Under the pieces are notes generated by a model. The model searched no databases and was not told where the DNA came from. It saw only the letters and a list, made by a program, of their open reading frames with translations. From Anaerolineales bacterium (GTDB lineage Bacteria; Chloroflexota; Anaerolineae; Anaerolineales; Villigracilaceae), in contig JADGQD010000001.1 in NCBI GenBank assembly GCA_017882065.1, forward strand, positions 1 to 35,683: DNA of 35,683 bases, written 5' to 3'. The number at the start of each line of letters is the position of its first letter. Within the stretch, counting starts at the first letter, position 1. The position numbers were made by a program, and so were the translations under genes. Shown piece by piece: positions 26,753 through 34,579 of this stretch.

Positions 26753-27825
26753 AGTTGAGTCTCCGTGCGCATATTATGAACCAGATAGGGTACAACCAGA
26801 ATCGCTACGCTGACAAGCATCAGGACGCCGATAGCTGCTCCTTGAGCGTAGTTGGTACCGTCGAAAGTCGTAGTCCACATATAAATACCCGGAACATCCA
26901 GACGAATATCTTTATTGCCGAGGGCGACAATCAGGTCAAATATCTTAAGCGACATATGTGCCAAAATGATTACCGCACTGAGCGTTACTGGCTGAAGCAG
27001 AGGAAAAATAATATAACGATAAATCTGGAATTCACTCGCTCCATCGACGCGCGCGGCTTCGCGCAGATCATCTGAAATGCTGCGCATACCGCCCATGTAG
27101 AGCGCCATTGTGAACCCCGATAGTTGCCAGACTGCTGGGATCACAGTAAATGCCATCCCCCACGGTTGTGGCGTGGAGTGCCATAGGCTGATGAACGATT
27201 TTAGTCCAAGTGTCTGGAAAATAAGATTGATCCCGGTGATGCGATTTCCTGTAGCCGGATTCATTAACCATCCCCAGACTACACCTGAGGCGATGAATGA
27301 TATGGACATCGGGAACAAGAAAATACCTCGAAAGAGCGCTTCGCCTTTGAGTTTTTGATCGAGTAAAATAGCCAAACCCAACCCAAGAATGAGGCAGCCC
27401 AAGATGAAACCGACAGTAAACACTGCAGTATTGCGAACATCGATCACAAAGCGGGGATTATTATGAAACAGGATATAGTATTGTTTCAATCCGACCCAGG
27501 TGAAGTCCGGGTTCAGACCCTTCCACTTGCTCAATGAGACCCGAATGGACCAACCAATGAAGCTATATACAAAAATAGCTACCGCTACCATCGACGGGAG
27601 CAACAAGGCGATGGAGAGCACGGTCTCACTTTCAAACATCGATATAACTAGTACGATGCCTATGTAAAATATCAATCCACCCGCTAAAAGGCCGAGTGAA
27701 GTGAGATTTTTCTCTGCAATAATCAGGTGTATTTTTCCAAGGGTAAAAATGCAGACCGCACCTAGGAGGATCAGAGCAAGCGCTAGAATAAGTCTCGGCA
27801 CTCGAAGCGTGAACTTACGAAACAT
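26749..27825 (-). CDS. ABC sugar-type transporter permease (MalF/CUT1-like)
   Basis: The EAA loop is EAARVDGASEFQIYRYIIFPLL. ATG 27825 (MFRKFTLRV...) is preceded by GAGAGG, whereas the ATG at 27852 has no usable SD. Confidence 0.85.
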   Translation of the reverse strand: MFRKFTLRVPRLILALALILLGAVCIFTLGKIHLIIAEKNLTSLGLLAGGLIFYIGIVLVISMFESETVLSIALLLPSMVAVAIFVYSFIGWSIRVSLSKWKGLNPDFTWVGLKQYYILFHNNPRFVIDVRNTAVFTVGFILGCLILGLGLAILLDQKLKGEALFRGIFLFPMSISFIASGVVWGWLMNPATGNRITGINLIFQTLGLKSFISLWHSTPQPWGMAFTVIPAVWQLSGFTMALYMGGMRSISDDLREAARVDGASEFQIYRYIIFPLLQPVTLSAVIILAHMSLKIFDLIVALGNKDIRLDVPGIYMWTTTFDGTNYAQGAAIGVLMLVSVAILVVPYLVHNMRTETQL

Positions 27826-27953
27826 CCGCCACCTCTCTTCCGGTTGTAGCATTCCTAAATTTTTTTAAACCTGTTTAAATCATAGTAGCCAATTTAGGGC
27901 CTGTCAACCTTCAGGTTATAGAGGATTCGCTGCCCTGGAACCGCATTGTTCGG

Positions 27954-27980
27954 AATGGGCGGCTCATAGAGCCGCCCATT
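27954..27980 (-). other. Intercistronic 12-bp perfect hairpin between the binding-protein and permease genes
   Basis: AATGGGCGGCTC pairs with GAGCCGCCCATT around loop ATA. It lies in the 187-nt gap between the binding-protein stop (28013) and the permease ATG at 27825. No U-tract follows on the coding (minus) strand. Confidence 0.6.
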
Positions 27981-28012
27981 ATTCATCTTACTTTTTAGCT
28001 TTTTTTGATTAA

Positions 28013-29335
28013 CTATGGGCAGGTGCCGTCTGCCTTGCAGGCGGCAACCAGTGCGGCCTGGAAGTCGGCGGTCTTGCTCGTGTCGGCCTGGAACAGACCG
28101 ATGGCGGTCCCGATCGAGGTTACCCAGGCCGGGGCGGCAACCACACCGTGGAACAGGCTACCGACCACAACATTGCTGGCCCAGTCCTTGGCAGCATCCT
28201 GCGAGTATTCGCTGAACAGCGCTTGATTGCAGTCCGTGCGGGCGCAGATGGAGCCCTTGAGCGGGTTGAAAGCTTCCTGGCCGGCCCTGGAAGCGGCGAC
28301 GGTCAACCAGGCGATGGTAGCATCCGGGTGCTTGGCGGCGACGGGCAGCACGAAGCTGTCAGACAGGAAGTTGAAGGTGCCATAGGTGCCCGGGGAGACG
28401 GCCCAATCGAAGTCAGTATGAGGCGTCAAGGCGAGACCATTGGGGGCCGGGTTGGCGAAATAGCCATAAGCCCAGTCACCCATGATGTTGAAGGCAGCGT
28501 CGCCATCAATCATCATCTTGGAAGCGGGCTGCCAGTCGGACAGGGTGGAGGCGTCGGCGTTGGTGTAGGACAGGGCCTTGGCGAAGTTGGCGATACCCGC
28601 GGCAACATCCGCACCAGCCCAGTCAGTGGTGGGCGGAGTGGTCCACAGGCCGTTCCACTTATCTGCTCCAATTGTGCCGATCATGACGTTCTCGAACAGG
28701 TGGACAGCGGTCCAGGGGCCACCGAGGGACAGGCAGATCTTGCCGGCGGCCTTGATCTGGTCGCAAACGGCGAAGAAGGCATCCAGAGTTGTGAAATCGG
28801 TCTTGGGGTTGGCAGTGACGCCAGCCGCGGCCAGGACCTTGGGGTTGTACCACAGCACGTTCGAGCGGTGAATGTTCACCGGGACGCTGTAGGGGTGTCC
28901 GTCCTGTGAGATCAAAGGCAGAAGGGTCGCGGGCAGGACTTTGCCAAAATCGGTCGACGCGAACAAATCATCCAGTGGCTTGACCTGACCGGCAGTTACG
29001 TAAGTGGCAATGGTCTCCTGACCGGCATGGGCTTGCCAGGAATCGGGCGCGTCACCGGCAGCCAGGCGGGTGGCCAGAACGGCTTTGGCGTTCGTGCCAG
29101 CGCCACCAGCTACAGCTGCATTAACGAACTTGATATTGGGGTATTGCTGGTTGAAGACTGTGACCATGGCGGCCAGGCCGTCTGCTTCACCGGGGCCGAC
29201 CCACCAGGAGAATACTTCTACTTCGGTGCTTGTGGTTGGAGCAGGAGTCTTTGCAGCCGGTCCGCAAGCAGACAGGACAAGTATAGCAACAATCATGAGG
29301 CTTAGAAAGCCCCAACTGAACTTTTTAGATAACAT
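28013..29335 (-). CDS. ABC transporter extracellular solute-binding lipoprotein (family 1, carbohydrate type)
   Basis: ATG 29335 gives the signal peptide MLSKKFSWGFLSLMIVAILVLSAC, with a lipobox. The SD AAGGAGA precedes it. The ~440-aa length and position at the head of the permease operon fit this call. Confidence 0.85.
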   Translation of the reverse strand: MLSKKFSWGFLSLMIVAILVLSACGPAAKTPAPTTSTEVEVFSWWVGPGEADGLAAMVTVFNQQYPNIKFVNAAVAGGAGTNAKAVLATRLAAGDAPDSWQAHAGQETIATYVTAGQVKPLDDLFASTDFGKVLPATLLPLISQDGHPYSVPVNIHRSNVLWYNPKVLAAAGVTANPKTDFTTLDAFFAVCDQIKAAGKICLSLGGPWTAVHLFENVMIGTIGADKWNGLWTTPPTTDWAGADVAAGIANFAKALSYTNADASTLSDWQPASKMMIDGDAAFNIMGDWAYGYFANPAPNGLALTPHTDFDWAVSPGTYGTFNFLSDSFVLPVAAKHPDATIAWLTVAASRAGQEAFNPLKGSICARTDCNQALFSEYSQDAAKDWASNVVVGSLFHGVVAAPAWVTSIGTAIGLFQADTSKTADFQAALVAACKADGTCP

Positions 29336-29456
29336 TCTCTTTCTCCTTTGTTCATAAAAATTTAGGGGGGTTGAATAGGGGAAAATGAGCAAGTATCAAC
29401 TCAAATATGCGCACCTCCTTAATTACTATTTCTGTTGGTATGTTAAGACAGCACGC

Positions 29457-29482
29457 CACGTTTACAGATCACGTTTACAGAT
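29457..29482. repeat. Tandem direct repeat 2 x 13 bp (CACGTTTACAGAT) in the ABC operon leader
   Basis: The two perfect adjacent copies lie at 29457-29469 and 29470-29482, followed by the AT palindrome TAATTAAT. They sit about 25-50 nt downstream of the putative promoter. Confidence 0.7.
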
Positions 29483-29511
29483 TAATTAATGCTAGCACCC
29501 TACATCTTCAG

Positions 29512-29520
29512 ATTCTACCA
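29512..29520 (-). promoter_or_regulatory. Extended -10 promoter (TGGTAGAAT) of the ABC transporter operon
   Basis: The minus strand reads ccattaaggTGGTAGAATctgaag in an AT-rich region about 170 nt upstream of the binding-protein ATG. Confidence 0.45.
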
Positions 29521-29630
29521 CCTTAATGGAAAAATAAATATATACGGGGGATAAAACTTGTTGGTGGTCGTTTCCGGGTGTCACAACACTCAACAGTTGC
29601 CGCCGGCCCCCATAACTTTCTCTGGACAAT

Positions 29631-29659
29631 AAAAAAAGCCTGACGAGCAACCGTCAGAC
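29631..29659 (-). terminator. Rho-independent terminator after the M20D amidohydrolase gene
   Basis: On the minus strand, GTCTGACG pairs with CGTCAGGC (8 bp, one G-U) around loop GTTGCT. It is followed by TTTTTTT and begins 8 nt after the stop codon. Confidence 0.75.
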
Positions 29660-29667
29660 TTTTGAGT

Positions 29668-30846
29668 TCATCTTTTCAGCAAATCTGTTATGGTCGCGGC
29701 CATCAACGCTGCGCCGCGCGGCAGGGCCGCCTCATCAATATCAAACCTGGGATGGTGATGGCCGGCATCCAGTCCCTTTTCGGGATTGGCCGAGCCGATG
29801 AAGAAGAAGCACCCGGGCACTTTTTCTAGGACAAAGGCGAAATCTTCCGAGCCCATTGTAATGTAATTTGCGGTGTCCACGTCCGCTTCGGGGAACAGGC
29901 GGCGGGCAACTGCCTGGACGCGCGCAGCAGTCTCGGGTTGGTTGATCGTGGCTGGAGTCAGAATCTGCAGTTCAATTTCTGCCTGACAGCCCATCCCTTC
30001 GGCGATCGAATGGACCGTCTTCTCGAAGCGTTCCAGAACCCGGGTGCGGACCGCCGGCTCGAAGGTGCGGATTGTCCCGGTCATTTCGACCGTGGGTGGG
30101 ATGACGTTAAATGTCTCGCCGCCGTGGATGGTGCAGACACTGACAACCGCTGTCTGCAGGGGTGCGATGTTACGGGCAACGATCCCTTGTAGCGCAGAGA
30201 CAACCTGCGCCGCGGCCAGGATCGGATCCACGGCCAGATGAGGTACCGCGCCGTGTCCGCCTTTGCCGCGCACCTTGATTTTGAAGATTTCTGCTCCGGC
30301 CATGACCGGGCCACCGGCAATGCCGACCCAGCCGACGGGCTTTTCGTTCCAGACGTGCAGAGCTAAAGCAACATTCACTTTGGGGTTTTCCAGCACGCCG
30401 TCCTCGATCATTTTTTCCGCACCGCCCATGCCTTCTTCGGCAGGTTGGAACATGAACTTAACTGTTCCGGACAGTTGGTTGCGATGAGCGTTGAGCATTT
30501 TGGCAACGGTCAACAGGACGGCGGTGTGGCCATCGTGCCCGCAAGCGTGCATCACGCCGGGGTTCTGGGATGCATAGGGCGCGCCGGTCTCCTCGCGGAT
30601 GGGCAGGGCGTCCATGTCGGCACGGACGAGCACCACCGGGCCTGGTTTGGCTCCATCGAGCAGGGCCACCACACCCGTCCCGCCAACCCCGGTATGCACT
30701 TCCAGACCGAGAGAAGTCAATTCTTTGGCGACAATTCCAGCCGTGCGGACTTCGTGGAAGCCGAGTTCCGGATGGGCGTGGAAGTCACGGCGCATGGACT
30801 GGGTGTATTCGAATAAGGCCTGGGCTTCAGAGAGAAAATCGGGCAT
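29668..30846 (-). CDS. M20D-family amidohydrolase (N-acyl-amino-acid amidohydrolase / hippurate hydrolase type)
   Basis: HPELGFHE, MHACGHDGH, FQPAEEG and IHGGETFNVIP are present. ATG 30846 is preceded by GAGG, and the upstream GTG at 30858 is also possible. Confidence 0.85.
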   Translation of the reverse strand: MPDFLSEAQALFEYTQSMRRDFHAHPELGFHEVRTAGIVAKELTSLGLEVHTGVGGTGVVALLDGAKPGPVVLVRADMDALPIREETGAPYASQNPGVMHACGHDGHTAVLLTVAKMLNAHRNQLSGTVKFMFQPAEEGMGGAEKMIEDGVLENPKVNVALALHVWNEKPVGWVGIAGGPVMAGAEIFKIKVRGKGGHGAVPHLAVDPILAAAQVVSALQGIVARNIAPLQTAVVSVCTIHGGETFNVIPPTVEMTGTIRTFEPAVRTRVLERFEKTVHSIAEGMGCQAEIELQILTPATINQPETAARVQAVARRLFPEADVDTANYITMGSEDFAFVLEKVPGCFFFIGSANPEKGLDAGHHHPRFDIDEAALPRGAALMAATITDLLKR

Positions 30847-30871
30847 GGGGTACCTCACTTGTTATAATGGA

Positions 30872-31615
30872 TTAGGTTGTCGCATTAAAATAAAGCACGC
30901 GGAATTTTTCTTCATAGCGCGGAGCTTCGTCGGTGCTGTCTTCAGTATGGCGGGAACGCATCCGCTGCTCGAATGTGAGCGGGTCGCCTATCTGGGACTT
31001 GTGCTCTTTCAGTGCGTTCATTTTCACTTCCCAGGTGTCGGTTACATCCAAGGTGACTGTTGGGCTGGCAGCCAACGAGACCCATACTTCGCGCGGAGTA
31101 TGGGGCTGCAGTCCTTCGTTTTTGAGCAATTCGGGAAAGAAGTGACCGTTCCCGGCGGCGGGAAAGACGGCATCCAGTACGACCTGTCCGGCAGCACGGT
31201 GGTCGGGATGGTTGACTCGTCCGAACCAGGAGTAGAGCAGGGTGGGGTCGCAGGTGACGAGGATGTCGGGTTTTTCACGACGGAGGACGCGCACTATTTC
31301 CCGGCGCAGTTCCAAGCTGGGGACGAGATAACCGTCCTCCAGTTGCAGAAAACGGACCGACCGGGCGCCGATGACCGCTGCGGCATTCTGTTGTTCCGTC
31401 TGACGAATGGCACATAACTGTTCCGGTGTCACGTCTGACCCACCGCCTTTATTGCCGTTGGTCAGCAAGAAGTAATGGATTTCGTGACCGGCTCTGGACC
31501 AGCGGGCGAGTGTGGCGCCACAGAAAAATTCCGGGTCATCCGGATGTGCCAGGATGACCAGGATTTTTTGGGATTTCTCCCAGGCATCGGGAGTTTTCTG
31601 ACTATCTTCGCTCAT
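30872..31615 (-). CDS. PIG-L/LmbE-family deacetylase
   Basis: The zinc-site motif ILAHPDDPEFF plus HPDH further downstream are present. ATG 31615 is the only start that avoids a long overlap, and it overlaps the PSP1 gene by 14 nt. Confidence 0.8.
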   Translation of the reverse strand: MSEDSQKTPDAWEKSQKILVILAHPDDPEFFCGATLARWSRAGHEIHYFLLTNGNKGGGSDVTPEQLCAIRQTEQQNAAAVIGARSVRFLQLEDGYLVPSLELRREIVRVLRREKPDILVTCDPTLLYSWFGRVNHPDHRAAGQVVLDAVFPAAGNGHFFPELLKNEGLQPHTPREVWVSLAASPTVTLDVTDTWEVKMNALKEHKSQIGDPLTFEQRMRSRHTEDSTDEAPRYEEKFRVLYFNATT

Positions 31616-32501
31616 GTTTTTCTTTTTCGGGCTTGGGGCAATTCTCACACGGTTCCTGGGATTTGCGCCGCAGGGCCTCCAGTTCGTCCCAGGGTTCCAC
31701 GTCTTCACGTGCAAATTCCCGCCAGCCTACGTCGGGCAGGTCCACGCGGATGGTCATTTGCAGTGGATTAACGTCAAGCACTTTGCCTTCGCCCAGCGGG
31801 GTGACGACATGCTTATTACGTTTGGGCAGTTCTTTACGGGCGGCGGCGTACTGCTCGTATTCGTAGACCAGGCAGCAGCGCAACCGTCCGCACATGCCGG
31901 TAATTTCGGTCGGCGTGAGCGAGATGCCTTGCTCTTTCGCCATTTTGATGGAGATGGGGCTGAACTCGGTTAGGAACCTGGAACAGCAGCGCGTTTCCAT
32001 GCCGCAGGCACCCATCCCACCCAGCATCTTCGCCACGTCGCGCGGACCGATTTGCCGCATTTCCACCTGGGGCTGCTGGTAAAGTTTCTGCATGTCGTGC
32101 CGCAGGGATTTCAGGTCAGCCTTGTCCTCGGTCTCCGTGCTGTACATCAGGCTGAGGCGCAAGCCGTCGAAGGAAAATTCGGCGGCAATGATCTTGACGC
32201 CGGATAGTTTAAGATGGGTGGCGCGTTCCCGGCAGGCGATCATCGCCTCGAGTTCTTTTTGTCCCCATATACGACGCAGAATCAGGTCGCGCGGGGTGGC
32301 GATACGCTCAACGGGTTTGCACGTCCCTTCAGAGGGCGAAGCGGGGTTCTCGACAATTTGCGTAACCTGGCCCAGTTGCTTGCCGCGCGAGGTTTCAACG
32401 ATGACGTGGTCGCCAACCTTGATGTGCGGTACGGACGAAGCGTCAAAGTGATAGGCTTTGCCAATTTGTGCAAAACGGACACCAACGATAAATGGTTGCA
32501 T
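31602..32501 (-). CDS. PSP1 domain protein (RicT/YaaT-like)
   Basis: N-terminus MQPFIVGVRFAQIGKAYHFD and the cysteine motif GMCGRLRCCLVYEYEQY are typical of YaaT/RicT. Confidence 0.85.
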   Translation of the reverse strand: MQPFIVGVRFAQIGKAYHFDASSVPHIKVGDHVIVETSRGKQLGQVTQIVENPASPSEGTCKPVERIATPRDLILRRIWGQKELEAMIACRERATHLKLSGVKIIAAEFSFDGLRLSLMYSTETEDKADLKSLRHDMQKLYQQPQVEMRQIGPRDVAKMLGGMGACGMETRCCSRFLTEFSPISIKMAKEQGISLTPTEITGMCGRLRCCLVYEYEQYAAARKELPKRNKHVVTPLGEGKVLDVNPLQMTIRVDLPDVGWREFAREDVEPWDELEALRRKSQEPCENCPKPEKEKHERR

Positions 32502-32508
32502 GGTAGGG

Positions 32509-32514
32509 ATTATA
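32509..32514 (-). promoter_or_regulatory. -10 box (TATAAT) 7 nt upstream of the PSP1/RicT ATG; leaderless-type
   Basis: The minus strand reads ctacggTATAATccctaccATGcaa. Confidence 0.45.
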
Positions 32515-32549
32515 CCGTAGAGAAGACCAGTCGGATCGTCTCTGGGAAT

Positions 32550-33599
32550 CTAGATGATGTTGATCTTTGGGATGTTATTTTGTTCCAGGGCTGTTACACT
32601 GACCCTGGCTGCGACCTGCTCGGCGATGGATTTGAGCGCTTGCGCGGCTGCCGAATCGGGGCGGGACGCCACAATTGGTTCACCGGTATCGCCACCGATT
32701 CTCACAGACTGTTCCATCGGCACCGCGCCCAGGAAAGGTACTTTGGCAACCCGCGCCAGGTCTTCGCCGCCGCCGGACCCAAAAAACTCGCCGCGCATAT
32801 TTTCGATGACTCCCAGGATGGGCACTTCGAGTGTGCGGAACATCTCCAACCCGCGGCTGGCGTCTTCAAGCGAGATGGCCTGGGGCAAGGTCACAATAAC
32901 CACTCCGGAGAGCGGCAGCGTCTGCGCCAGCGACAGAGGCACATCGCCGGTACCGGGTGGCAGGTCAATAATAAGATAGTCCAGTTCACCCCATTCCACG
33001 TCAGACAGGAACTGGCGAATGGCGGAATTGAGCATCGGACCGCGCCAGATGAGTGGCTGTCCGGGCTTGACCAGAAAGCCCATGGACATCACCTTGACAC
33101 CATAGGCATCAGCCGGGATAAGTTTACTATCTTTCGTGCCGGGAATATCGTGGATGCCCATCATCGTCGGGATGTTGGGGCCGTAGATATCGGCGTCCAT
33201 CAAGCCAACCCGCGCTCCGGCCTGAGCCAGTGCCACGGCCAGGTTGGCGCTGACCGTGCTCTTGCCCACGCCGCCCTTACCGGAAGCCACTGCGATGGCG
33301 TTGCGTATGGGGAGCTGCAAAAGTCCTCGCAAACGCCCGTCAGCAGGGACGTTGGCAATCATCTTGATGTAAACAGTCTTCACACCGGGGACGGTCAGCG
33401 CGGCTTGGCGGGCAGCTTTTTCGATACTGCCCTTGAGAGGGCAGGCCGGAGTGGTCAGGAGGATGGTAAAGCTGACTGCCGCGCCCTTGATTTCCAGGTC
33501 GCGGACCATATTCAACGTGACCAGATCTTTGTGCAATTCGGGTTCCTGGACTTTGCTCAGAGCGGCCAGAATTGTTTCAGCAGATATTTTTGGGGACAT
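32550..33599 (-). CDS. mrp: Mrp/ApbC/NBP35-family P-loop ATPase with an N-terminal DUF59 domain, lacking the CXXC motif
   Basis: The DUF59-like N-terminus is [23 protein letters not shown]. The deviant Walker A is [11 protein letters not shown], and [10 protein letters not shown] follows. The segment after ENM reads [14 protein letters not shown], where ApbC-type proteins carry ENMSxxxCxxCGxxxxIFGxGG. Confidence 0.85.
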   Translation of the reverse strand: MSPKISAETILAALSKVQEPELHKDLVTLNMVRDLEIKGAAVSFTILLTTPACPLKGSIEKAARQAALTVPGVKTVYIKMIANVPADGRLRGLLQLPIRNAIAVASGKGGVGKSTVSANLAVALAQAGARVGLMDADIYGPNIPTMMGIHDIPGTKDSKLIPADAYGVKVMSMGFLVKPGQPLIWRGPMLNSAIRQFLSDVEWGELDYLIIDLPPGTGDVPLSLAQTLPLSGVVIVTLPQAISLEDASRGLEMFRTLEVPILGVIENMRGEFFGSGGGEDLARVAKVPFLGAVPMEQSVRIGGDTGEPIVASRPDSAAAQALKSIAEQVAARVSVTALEQNNIPKINII

Positions 33600-33617
33600 G
33601 GCTACCTTTAGATTGAT

Positions 33618-33971
33618 TTATTTATGCCATTCAGCGGCACACTCGTTCTGTAAGAACACACTTACTTCGGTCCTGGCCGTCTCGAACAGTCCGGTTAATT
33701 CTTCATCCGAGCCGTGGAAACGCTTGAGGGATTGTTTGGCACACACAATGCAGCCATGCATGGCGCGGAATGCATCCGCATTACAGGTGGCGCAATTGTT
33801 CAAGCGTGCCATCATCAGGATGAATGCCATCTGCTCTGGGCTATCCGGTCCGGTTTTTTTCACAGCCGCGACCAACTCCTGCCACGTTGTGCCACGTTCG
33901 TTGCAGAGCGGCGAGATGCCGCGGGGAGGAAAGATCAGGTCGGTGTCAGGGTTGTACATTTCGACGTTCAT
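33618..33971 (-). CDS. Hypothetical 117-aa Cys-rich protein (CX2C-X10-CX2C)
   Basis: The ATG overlaps the nuoI stop (ATGA at 33968-33971). The motif is NNCATCNADAFRAMHGCIVCAKQ, with additional Cys23 and Cys111. I recognise no family. Confidence 0.6.
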   Translation of the reverse strand: MNVEMYNPDTDLIFPPRGISPLCNERGTTWQELVAAVKKTGPDSPEQMAFILMMARLNNCATCNADAFRAMHGCIVCAKQSLKRFHGSDEELTGLFETARTEVSVFLQNECAAEWHK

Positions 33972-34570
33972 TCGCCTTGACTTGTGCGGGAGGCTGCCTT
34001 GGCAGCCCGTGCGGCATCTTCGCGTCTCGCGTTAACTGGACGTATGTTCTCGTAGTACCTGGCTGATTTCGACAACCTGGTTTCGTCGTACACATTGCGA
34101 GTGAAGGATGCCAGTTCGTAATCATGATCCATTTTGATGGCGTCAAACGGGCAGAATTCTGCACACAACCCGCAGTTCATGCAGATATCAGCGTCAATAT
34201 AAAACTCGGCCGGGTCTGGAATCGGGCGGCCAGTGGCGGGATCGGTGGAGCGGACGATCCAGATGCACTGCGGCGGGCAGACTTTGGCGCAGATTCCGCA
34301 AGAAGTGCACCGCAGTGGCTTTTCTCCGTTCGGGCCTTCATCATAAACCAGGAACGGCACAAAACGGAATTCTTCCGGGACCGGGATTTTTTCTTCCGGG
34401 TATTGCACGGTGAAAATGCCACGCGCATCCTTGCTGCCGCGGTGGGCGATGCCTTTATCAGTGTGGTAACGTTTGCCCAACCAGCTCAGATCGTCGAGGT
34501 AGGTTTCAGCAAAGCGCTTGAGACTGACGCTGAGGCCTTTTAAGATACCTTTACCATACATATCGCTCAT
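33968..34570 (-). CDS. nuoI: NADH-quinone oxidoreductase subunit I (2x[4Fe-4S] ferredoxin subunit)
   Basis: Two ferredoxin motifs are present, CTSCGICAKVCP and CMNCGLCAEFCP. The SD AGGAG precedes the ATG, and the start lies 9 nt after the nuoD stop. Confidence 0.88.
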   Translation of the reverse strand: MSDMYGKGILKGLSVSLKRFAETYLDDLSWLGKRYHTDKGIAHRGSKDARGIFTVQYPEEKIPVPEEFRFVPFLVYDEGPNGEKPLRCTSCGICAKVCPPQCIWIVRSTDPATGRPIPDPAEFYIDADICMNCGLCAEFCPFDAIKMDHDYELASFTRNVYDETRLSKSARYYENIRPVNARREDAARAAKAASRTSQGE

Positions 34571-34579
34571 GGATTTCTC

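Noticed and set aside
30863-30868. A plus-strand TATAAT in the PIG-L/M20D gap.
   Set aside because: No start codon or ORF follows on the plus strand. It lies between two minus-strand genes and is most likely fortuitous.
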